This document shows, piece after piece, positions 39,005 through 49,610 of a stretch of 64,000 nt of DNA. The position numbers and the translations under genes are program-made. The stretch lies in assembly GCF_964204645.1 (NCBI RefSeq), contig NC_134029.1, forward strand, positions 2,170,001 to 2,234,000, in the 5' to 3' direction. Position 1 is the first letter of the stretch. Every line of letters starts with the position of its first letter. The notes under the pieces are model-generated. The model ran no database searches. It had not been told where the DNA came from and saw only the letters and a program-made list of their open reading frames with translations. The DNA comes from Tubulanus polymorphus. Its lineage: Eukaryota; Animalia; Nemertea.

Positions 39005-39870
39005 GAAAAACTTCATGGAACAAACTGTCAATGATTATATAAACTATCAATGATCTAGAATGACTTTTAGATATTGTATTCATCATGTGTAAAAGTTAGA
39101 TATCTATTGGTATTGGTTACGTATGCTGAATTATTCATACATTCAAATATGTGGGACATTTTTACTGAGCTGAATATGTGTAATATTCAAACTGAAAAAT
39201 CACAAACTGCAACATATACTAATCGTCATTTACTGTATTTTCTGCTGTGTACTGCTGATTACCATAGTATCCAATCACTTCCTTCAAAATATGGTTTATT
39301 TTTTCAGTGCCAATTAAGCTATTAACATTCTATTCTACAATGAGATTATGGGTTTCATTTTATTGTTATGATAAAATTTTTTTCATAATTTGTTGATATT
39401 CAGTACATTCTCTTAATCCGTCCAATGTTTGAATTGTTTTCTTTATAATTTTTTGTAATGTTTAAATGTAAAATAAAATGGATGAATGTGTGCAAATATG
39501 TGGCTTTTTTGGATAATTTTCGCTTCTGTCCTTGGGTGAATCTCCCATACTCAGTCAGTCAATAGTTCGTGTGATGGATGTTGAATAAAACCCATGCGCA
39601 ATTGAAGAAAAGTCTATGATGTTTCGACGTAAGTCTATAAAGTTTATTCGAATCGTCTAAATCCTTACAATTTTTTTATCTGCCATTGTGGATTTTATTG
39701 AAAAAAACTAATTCGTGTGGGATTCGAACCTGGATCATCCAGGGACTTGGGAACGCCAGCCACAATACCAATCGGCAGGTTCGAATCCCGGCCGATGTCT
39801 GTGACATACCTCGGTAAGCGAGTATCACTTGGAAGGTGCGCCCTCTACTCTGACACTTTGGCGTCCTGTG

Positions 39871-39892
39871 ATTGGCCAATAACCCGGAAGTA
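39871..39892 (+). promoter_or_regulatory. CCAAT palindrome + ETS site at the KRTCAP2 promoter
   Basis: ATTGGCCAAT followed directly by AACCCGGAAGTA, about 90 bp before the ATG. Confidence 0.6.
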
Positions 39893-39979
39893 TTGTTTGT
39901 ACTGTTTGCGGTGGCTGAAATTGTTTATAAATTTCTCTTTTTTTTGTCATAAATATTTTATACGTCATTAATTTTCACA

Positions 39980-40918
39980 ATGGGTAAGTTTTTAGTATTA
40001 AATTATTATTATTTGACAAGTTCACATGCATTTATTCCACGAATTGCGCTCATATTTTTTTGCAAATGAACCGATTTGTGAGTTACATGACAGTCAAAAT
40101 CAATTCAAATCAATATATTCACTATTTTTTAGGTGGTTCGACGACAACATCGTTTCTCTTATCAGCGACAATCAGCATCTTACTGTTCGCTGGGATGCAG
40201 ATGTACAGACAACAACTAGCATCGAAACAATACCTGACGATCTTGGGCGGCTTTCTCGGTTCAAATCTTTTCATCTTCCTATTAACTGTATCCTTTGAAT
40301 AATTGCGCAGTTTGTCAGTTAACGTTTAGCTTCAGAGTTTAGAGTTAAATTTGTACATTTCCAATGTTTTACTCTACAGAATCCAGTTACACAGTTGTAA
40401 GTAGAGTTCATTTTCAATTAGTTAACTTAAAACTCAAATTCATTCATGAATGTGGAACTGGGTGCTGCCTCATCTAATTATATCGACATTTCCTTGATGG
40501 TGTTAATCTCAGGCTGTAAATAATCTCGAGAATGCAATGTTTGGTGAAGGATTTCAAGCTAAACTTTTACCTGAAGGTAATAATTATTATTCAAATAATG
40601 TAAAAACCTCCTGTCCTTAATTTAGATGATGCACGTTTGATTTTCCATTTCAGTGATTGGTTGTTTGATGATGGCTTTATTCGCCTCCAGTTTAATCCAC
40701 AGAGTTTGCGTCACTACTTGGTATGTGTCATCTTCTCCGCTGAAATCTACTTCATGATTTATGCGAATCTCAAAAGGAAATGTTGTCGTTATTTTTTTTT
40801 CAGTCTGATATTTTCTTTAGTCGCCTTATACTACATCAACAGGATATCGCAGAATATCTACGCTGCACCAGTTACTTATAAACCAGTCGCGAAGTCCGGC
40901 CGTAAAAAGAGAAATTAG
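39980..40918 (+). CDS. KRTCAP2: Keratinocyte-associated protein 2 (OST complex accessory subunit)
   Basis: 4-nt first coding exon ATGG|gtaag. [14 protein letters not shown]…[34 protein letters not shown], basic C-terminus KKRN. Confidence 0.93.
40288..40512 (+). other. U12-type (minor spliceosome) GT-AG intron in KRTCAP2
   Basis: 5' splice site GTATCCTTT; branch-site-like TTTCCTTGAT at 40489-40498, about 14 nt before the AG; reading frame maintained. Confidence 0.85.
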
Positions 40919-41286
40919 AAATGCAAACTAATGATCTTTTCTAGAAAAAAACTTTATTTGTTATTGGATGCAGTCTTTAGATTTAGACCAGCCATAATGT
41001 GAACACCTTCTTATAAAATGGGATCTTTATATTACATGTTTTGATGCTTGGTCACATTTTCTACTTAAAATTATTAACATAAGAGGATGTTCATGACGAA
41101 CGTACGTTAAATATTTCTCCTGCAATCATATCAAAGACTGTATCTTATGCATTTAAAAATAAAAAAACTATTTATTACTCTATATGCGAACTTTTATTGT
41201 TTTTCCATTTTGGGGATTTGAGATCAGCAATGGATAGCGATTTTAATACAAAATTTTATTTTCACTCCATGATGTATTTATTAGTC

Positions 41287-42364
41287 CTAAAACGGCATTT
41301 CGTTGCCATCATTGTCGAGCATGTGTCCAGCTTTAGCCATGGTTAGATTCTGAATTACGTCCATTGATTTTGTGACACTTTCTTCAATAGATAACTGAGC
41401 CTTTGGTCCACCCATATCGGTTTTCACCCAGCCAGGATGCAGAGCTACCGTTAAAATACCATACGATTTCAATTCACTAGCTAGAGTCTTCGTTACCATA
41501 TTTCCTCCAGCCTACAATGGGTTAAAATAACAATATACCACGTATATAATCAATTATTTCTTCTTACGATGGACGGTGGTGAAGTTACCTTAGAAACTCT
41601 GTAGGAATAAAAACCACCGTTCGATTTAGCAATCGATCCTAGAATACCGGTTACATTCAAAATGACCGACCCAAACGGTGTTTTGTTCGCTTTCTTTTCC
41701 TGGACGGCATGTTTTTTCAATACAGGCAAAAACGACTGAAAGAAGTAATTGACAAAATGAGATTGTGTTTTATGTGTCAAGTTTGAAAAACTGACAATCA
41801 ATTAGATGAAAATTCTCACCTTTGACATGAATAGTGGTCCACACGTGTTAGTTTTGTAAGATTCAATCATTGATTCCATAGTAACCTGTCTCAATGCGGT
41901 AACTATGTTAATTCCAGCGTTATTGACTAATAAACCTAATCCTTTATCACCGAGAATATTACTAGCTTCAACTGCACATTCTTCTATACTCTCCATTCGT
42001 GATACATCTGAATAAAAACAAAAGTAAATCTCATAATTCAAATCCATTCAAAGTAAGACGATATTATAGTCAAAAATTTACCTAGTTTTAGAACCTTAAC
42101 GTTTGCATTTTGTTCGGCGACATGATTTAATTCCTGCAAAAAATGAAACATGGAATCGTGGCTGATAGAATGATCGAACTGCACGTATATAATTTGATAG
42201 TACAAATGCAAACATAGCGAACTAACCGTGGCTTCTGCTGGATTTCTGCAAGTTGCCAGAATAATTTCGGGAGCCGCCGGTTTCAACCCCGCGAACTGTT
42301 TGATAAATTCCAATCCCAGCCCTCGATTGGCACCGGTAACAAGAACTGTTTTTGCTCGAATCAT
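41287..42364 (-). CDS. Short-chain dehydrogenase/reductase, C-factor/sniffer-like
   Basis: Five exons: TGANRGLG, LVNNAG, YxxxK (YRVSK), LHPGWVKTDMGG. Confidence 0.92.
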
Positions 42365-42579
42365 CTTCTCGGGTGTCCGTCGTCGTGCGCTATGCTATAA
42401 TACTGAAATGATTTTATATAAGCTCCCTACGCCGGGTTATCTAAAGTACACGTCCCCTTGTTAACCTCGCGGAGAGCGCCGGCACGCGGCATGAAGCCCG
42501 CGCGAATATTTGAAATGACATGGGCGAGTTTCAAGGAATTGAAGATAATGAATCAATTACGTACACCGAGTGTAAACAT

Positions 42580-42622
42580 CCATCCTCGCTTGCCAGGGGT
42601 CCGGTATCACTCCCGAACTCGC
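42580..42622 (-). mobile_element. Copy of an interspersed repeat family
   Basis: 43 nt matching 50325-50367 with 2 mismatches; the core CCCTGGCAAGCGAGG also occurs at about 57119. Confidence 0.7.
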
Positions 42623-42753
42623 GGAACAGCTTTAGCGTAGTGGGTTCGAATCCCTTGACAGGTGAAGATGGTAAACATCATGATCATCGCTTTTTAAATT
42701 CGATAAAACCACTGAAAAGCTTAATTAATCATGCTTCTATAAGTATTTCAAGA

Positions 42754-44630
42754 TTATTTCATTATTCTCAAATTAGTATCGGAGGCAGATTTATCGATGC
42801 GTGAAAATCGTCTTTCCATATTCCAATCTTCAGGTATAACTGAAATTATTTTCAACGGCCCGACGACCGCAGTCTTGATGTTACGCGACACGCGACAACT
42901 GCTCGGGGTAACTGCAGTAGCAGCAGCAGCAGACCGCGGCGGTGGAGTCGTGCACGTGAATTTATCCACGAGTCCAGGTCGCAACAGTTGAATTCTCGGT
43001 TTCTTCTCATCGCTTTTTGCGCTCAATGACGACTGATCTCGACTGAAATGCGCCACTTGAAACGAAGCTCGAGATCGACCGTTTTTCTCGTAATCAGAAA
43101 CCATTCCGAAGTTTTTCGGTTTACAAAAAAGTAAATTCAGGAAAGTTCGACGAAATTTCTTGTTCATTATTCCGTATAAGAAGGGATTGCAGGCCGAATT
43201 CGCGAACGATATCAAACATGAAGCGCTTAATGCGTTTGATATCATAATGTCTCGCTCGGTACTCGAAGTATAAACGCTCCAAATATTTATAACTTGATAA
43301 GGAGTTATACAAATACAGAAAACTCCAAAAACTATAAAAATCGTAAAAGACGATCTCTTCTCTAGGCGATAACTGATATAGTGACCGAAACCGCGGTGTC
43401 GACTTTTGTCGTCCGGGACGTGGACGTCCCAAGTCCGGGTCAACGCGTGGATCTTCCGCTGTTGTTGCCAGGCGACGTGAAATATTCTTATGTAGCAGAA
43501 AGTGAGGATGAAAAACGGAACAACGAAGCAAACGACGAAAGAAGTGAAACTATAAGCTTCACTGGCGGCCCACTCTATAGAACAGATTGACCGCACTGCC
43601 GTGAACACGTATCCTTGTTGGTTTAGCAGTGGAATCGTCGCATCAATTAAAGCTATGACCCAAACTACGACTATCATAGCGACTGCTTTTCTTGATGTCA
43701 TCGTTTGGTAGTATTGGAGCGGTTGAGTTATTGCCAAATACCTGAAACGAATAAATCAATTTATTCTTTGAATGGTAATTACCATTCACAAAGACGTGTG
43801 TCTATTTCACGAATGGCATCAGAAAAAAAGTCGACCCGACAAAACTGGGAAGCGGGCAAAAGGACGCGTTTTCTGAACCACGAGGGACAATTAGATTGTG
43901 GTTCATGAAAATGATTAGACTTAGGTTCTGCGTTCATCGGATGATAAAATAGATTACAATATAATGAAACACTAGAGAATAATTAGAGAGAGCCACGCAG
44001 ACGGGTGGACGACGTCTTCATCATTTTTTTCCTACCAGACATTAGAGGAAGGCAGTATCATTATTAACCCTTTAGGTTTCCTGGGCTTTATAATCAGATT
44101 TCGGAAAGCTTGTACAAAATCTGTTGGCGAAAAGCTCGAATTCGATGAAGTTACTTTTTCATTTGGTAATCTTAGACTTTCTTTTTTGTAAGATTATTTT
44201 GTCCTCGTGACCTACCGATCTATAGATACAGCGGAAAGAGTCAATAATCCAGCGCTAAGAAACAACGTATTTGTGAAACCAAATAAGTTACACAGCGAAG
44301 TATCGGGAAGTAAATGTCCTAATCGGAACGATGCGACCAGTGTAAACGGCATGACCAGAATTCCTCGCATTAGATCAGCGATTGCTAGAGATAATATGAA
44401 TAATCCCGTGGCTGTGTTAACGCTACCCGTTTTGTACACCACTATACACGCCTATGTAAAAAAATGGAAAAAATTAATTCAAAATTTAAAAACCTACGAA
44501 AGCTGCACAATGTGCGGAATGCCAGACCTACCAATGAATTCCCGAATGTTGCAAAAAATACGATCACCATCAAAAGTACTCCTTGCGCAACATAATATTC
44601 ATCACTTGGAGTTTGATGGCGATTCGCCAT
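42754..44630 (-). CDS. Orphan rhodopsin-class (class A) GPCR
   Basis: Exons 44630-44532, 44451 to about 44215, about 43741-42754. TM1 GN, TM2 SLAIAD, DRY split by an intron, TM4 W, ECL2 CSIEW, TM5 P…CY, TM7 NSACNPFLY. Confidence 0.92.
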
Positions 44631-46971
44631 AGTCTCAGAGAGAGAGAGTTTTAAACCACTAAAACCAAATCAATATACACCTAAACTTGATGTTAGTTTT
44701 TACGGTATTTTTCGCTGACTTAGTAATCACATGAATTTCGAACTTTTTTTATTCGAATAAGAAACAAGATAACAATAACTTCTAAAATCTATCTTACCTT
44801 TCACATTATGAATAATAAACGCCTACCATAAATTTTCAGTGATCGGATACATTTGTTTCACACTTTCTCCTTGAATTGTGGAACGCAGTTTTAAATGATT
44901 TCTCTTTCATCACGATTTATATTTATCTCATCAAATATACTGACCAATTAACAACAAATAAGTTGAATCGATCGTCGCCGCCGCACGTGACACGACTGTA
45001 TTGCCGCTGATCCGGTTATCGGGCTGATGCAGGTTTGCTGCGCCAGCATCGCAATCCTCGATCGTTTCAGGTCGATACGCCTTCGTCAATTGGACAAAAA
45101 TCGTCAGGCCTATGTATACATTTTTAAGTTGTGACAGAGTCAGAAAAATTCATCCCAATCAGTCGCTTGCCGGTTCAGACTGAATGGAAGATTGTTTGGA
45201 TGAACCGGAACCGAATTTCCAATTATGTACTTCGATTTTAAAATATTCTGTTATTTCGACCGCCGATCACACATCTATATCTGTACTTCGATTTCCGATT
45301 TCAAAATCAAACCCCCTGTTTCGCTCCCGGCAGGTGTGGTGGGTCTGTAAGGGACACTCAATCGAAAAATCAAACAAAATTTACCAGCCAAATAAATAAA
45401 TAATGGGGACAATCCCTATTTTAAGATAAAAAAATAATGCTCAAAACGCCCCGGTTCTGCTGCCCATGGTATGGCAACAGAGTCTGTAGTCCCTGTGAAA
45501 ATTCAAGAGAGCACTCTGCTGCATTTGCAAGCTCTTAGGATTGTCAATTTCTGCACTCAACACCGCTGAGACCCGGCCGCGTGGTACATGGACGTTTTCA
45601 GTTTAGTTTTGACGAAGCTCATAGACAGCATGGTAGATTTGAACCGGGAGCTCCTTGTATAAGAAATAATAAAACTAAACACGGAAATGAATAAGAAATA
45701 ATAAGACTAAAAATATTTCCAAATCTTTTCGTGTTTCCCAACCTCTTGAGATCTTTTCTGTTGTTGTTTTAAGCATTCTATCGGCTCAGTAATAAACAAA
45801 ACAAATAACCAAAAACCTTATCTAAATCAAACACACAAATATCTGATTTGATGGAATGCTCCAAATAACTGATGAAAGATCACACGCCATTTTACCTATG
45901 GCACACCCTATCACTGCTGTAACTGTTAATTGTTTTAGGGCTAATATCTGGGAGATACATTTTACTCTTTTCTAGAAACAATGTTAAACAGCTATAAACG
46001 TGATTAGTTATCGATAGTAAAATTATTGTCATGTTTTCCCTGAAATAGCGTTGTATTAAATGAGCGAACTGATAATGTTTGAAGACAAAGTGCTGCGAAA
46101 ATTCTAGTTTTCTAGTAAAAATGATGTTAACGAAAATGAAATATAGAACGTTAAGTTAATACTAAGCTTTGTGGGATGACTTTGTAGGATTTGTCTCTAG
46201 TTTGAATGCTTTTATGTCGAGCTGTTTTTAGAATACAGTTCACTTGTTAACAAGGAACTAGCATGATAATTCCTCGAGTACATACCTGTCATTTAGCGAG
46301 GTATAATTTTTGTCATGAGAATAAAATAGACGTTTCTGTTTTAAAGAGTCTATGGTTTGACCATCGATGTATAAACTATAGTTTATAGTTTAAACGTCCA
46401 TGATTGGATTGTTTTTGAAATCAGTCCACGTGTTTGGGGATCTTATATTATAATTCCTCGAGCACAACCTGGCATTTTGTATGAGAGTAAATATAATTGA
46501 AGTCTCTTTTTGTTAAGTTAATTAGCTTCTCTGAACTTTGTTAGTTCACCAGTCAGTGGCTTTCATTATCTTGCAATCCACCCTTTTTTCAACCATATTC
46601 CCACCAACATGGTGCGGAGACGAGTATCTCCCCAAAATATGATAATCGATTATATCATTGGCAATACAGTACAGCACCACTTTATACCGGACACACTGAC
46701 ACTTGTTGACCGATTAGAAGCGAGTGTTGAGCTGCCGAACAGTAATTGCGAAATTAACAATCTTTTTTGATCGTCACTATAGCCATCACAGGGGTGGATC
46801 CAGACCGTAGCCGTATTGTCCAATACGGTCTTAGATTTAACGCACCCTTCGAAATTCCTCGGCAATATTTTTTGACGGCATATATATTACACCGCCTGCT
46901 AATTTCATATGTGCACTGATTATCGGTTTTATTTTTATATGCAGGAGCAAAGTCCTGAATAGTAAACTTTG

Positions 46972-46995
46972 CAGGGGCGGATCTAAGGGGGGGGA
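46972..46995 (+). mobile_element. Solo terminal repeat of a CAGGGGCGGATC-type non-autonomous DNA transposon
   Basis: CAGGGGCGGATCT here; reverse complement GATCCGCCCCTG at 7943-7954; variant CAGGGGTGGATCC at 46789. Confidence 0.5.
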
Positions 46996-47279
46996 GGTGG
47001 CTCGCCGTTGCTGCGTACCGGGCCGCTTGGGAGAGACACTGCTACTCTGTGGTTTCTTCCTAACAGACGCAGCTTGATAAGTTCGACATTCAGGGTTATA
47101 AGCCTGAGCACTAGTTCGTCGGGTGTGACTCCGGCGGCCCCCTCAGTCCGGGGCCGTCGATTATTTAGGATTGACTTTCCGGCGAAGACCTCAAAATTCC
47201 GCCGGATATCCGGCCACTGAAAATCATACAGTAAGTATGACTCAAGAGTTCTATTGAATTTCTTAAATACTTCCTCTTA

Positions 47280-47440
47280 AGCACAGGGGCTCGTATCAGA
47301 GTCGGTGTAATGTAAAAACGATAATCTGATAATCCAATGTATATAGTATATAAAATAACTTTATTTATTTTACATATACTATATACATTGGATTAATAGA
47401 TTATCGTTTTTGAAACAACTCTGATACGAGCCCCTGTGCT
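47280..47440. mobile_element. Near-palindromic MITE/foldback element
   Basis: AGCACAGGGGCTCGTATCAGAGT and ACTCTGATACGAGCCCCTGTGCT (23-bp perfect inverted repeat), plus mirrored inner arms AAAAACGATAATCT…TAATCCAATGTATATAGTATA. Confidence 0.85.
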
Positions 47441-47754
47441 CATAAGAGTTGATTGAATCATACGTTTTGAAACCGTAAGATTGACCCGCGACAGTATAGT
47501 CTCAGCTATCGACCGTCAGGTGCTGCCGCTGTGTATATCATTGACGGTGTATATATGAACTAAATCTGGTCCTGCAAGTCCTCAACCGTCTTTTAACTGG
47601 TTGTTAGCCACCTACAGGTAGTGAAATCCAACATGCGGAAGTAAATTGTGACATGCGGGAAAATAGTTGACATACATGAGGAAATGATTAATGGTCACAA
47701 GTTCGCCTTGTAGTACAGTACAGTCCCTGGGTTGACACAGCGGCATCTTCTAAA

Positions 47755-49256
47755 ATGTCGAAAAATCCAATCTTATTGCGGCTTATTGCTTACTGCATAG
47801 GCGCATTCTGGAGTGTATTTGTATGTTTGCATACGTGTGTTCGATTCATCAAAAATCCAACTGGGTTGTTTAGAAAAGTCGATCACAAGAAATCAAAAGA
47901 TTTGTATGATACAACAGAATGGTCTCACAAGTACCTAAAGTTGAACGTATGTCAGATTTTTGTAGGAGATTTCTTTTAATAATAAAAGAATCGGTTGAAT
48001 ATCTACAATCGTCTTAAACATACTTTCAATGTCGATTGTCCGCTCATTTCATTTTCAGGAGGTGAAAATTCACTATGTTGAAGCTGGAGATGCTGAAAAA
48101 CCATTAATGCTTTTTGTTCATGGCTTCCCTGAATTCTGGTATTCTTGGCGTTATCAACTCCGTAAATTCAAGGAGAATTACAGGTAACATAATGAATACC
48201 AAATATTTCATTGTGAAGACTATACATACAATTCAATACGAGACAAATGTTAATTATTTTCTGATATGATTCATATAGAGTTGTTGCACTTGATCAAAGA
48301 GGATATGGTGAATCAGATAAACCTAATGACATCGACAGTTACAATATTCGTAAATTGACTGGTGATTTGAAGGAACTAATCGAGGGTTTAGGTAAGCATT
48401 GGATGAAGCTTTATTTAACTTTATGAAATATCAGTATAACTTGTCTATTTTATACTTCAGGCAGTGAGAAGTGTTATCTTGTTGGGCACGACTGGGGTGG
48501 TGCAGTAGCATGGGCTTTCACTTATCAATATCCTCAAATGGTTGAAAAACTAATCATCATGAATTGTCCACATTCTGCGGTATTCCAAAAACACATGATG
48601 CAAAATCTTTCCCAGTTCCTCAAATCTTGGTGAGAATTAAACACAATTGTAGATTGATCCTACCAACAAACGAATTCAATCGCATCAATCTTTGAGCTTC
48701 TGAAATGATTTGTTAATTATTTTAGGTACATGTTCTTCTTTCAAATGCCCTGGATTCCGGAATTTCTGCTGAGTACAAACGATTATGGGTTCATTAGACA
48801 GAATTTCGCGGCTGCAACTCCTCAAAGGAAAATGGGAATGAGAATAAATCCTTTGAATAATGAGGAAATAGAAAACTACAAATACACTTTCAGTCAACCG
48901 GGTAAACAAGCAATATACAGCTGCAGTCACTAACAAAACTATATTACCAATATACCCAGTTCTGGGACAAATACATTGATGTGGTTGATTTCGTTTCAGG
49001 AGCACTGGTTGGACCTTTGAATTACTACCGTGCAGCATTTCAAACAGCACCTCTGTTAGTGAAGAAAATTGAACGACCCGTGCTGGTGATCTGGGGAGAT
49101 AGCGATGGAGCGTTAGAAACTCAACTAGCTGTGAAATCATTAGAATTCTGTGAAGAGGGAAGACTAAAGATTATTGAAGGATGCAGTCACTGGGTTCAAC
49201 AGGATGCATGGCAAACTGTCAACTCACAGATGGAAGACTTCTTATCCATTCAGTAG
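47755..49256 (+). CDS. EPHX4: Epoxide hydrolase 3/4-like alpha/beta hydrolase
   Basis: Six exons. N-terminal hydrophobic anchor, [27 protein letters not shown] nucleophile, NYYRA, WGDSD, SHWVQQD. Co-orthologue of the EPHX3/EPHX4 group. Confidence 0.88.
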
Positions 49257-49610
49257 TTGCGATGAATTATTATTATTACTTATTCTTAAATGCCTTTGCT
49301 GTGACCTACTATCACCACATTACATTGTTTTTTGTATTATAATTACATTAAGTTGCTTTCAAATATTTTGCAAACTAAATAACGAATAAATTTGAAAATG
49401 TGTTTGACATTAGTTATAGAAAGGAGGATTTAAAGCACCGAATATTATTCTCGAAGAATCGAATAAAAAACAAAATATCATGAAATATCTACATATTATT
49501 CTTACACATATAAAACTTCAACTCTCGCGACAAAATCTGTCCATAAATTTTCCAATCGTTTTCTGTCTTTAAATTCATGCTTCTGTTAATGTCTATTTAT
49601 TGAAATGAAA

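Noticed and set aside
45459-45480. RFX X-box upstream of the GPCR
   Set aside because: Only a half-site (ATGGCAAC); spacing does not fit the consensus.
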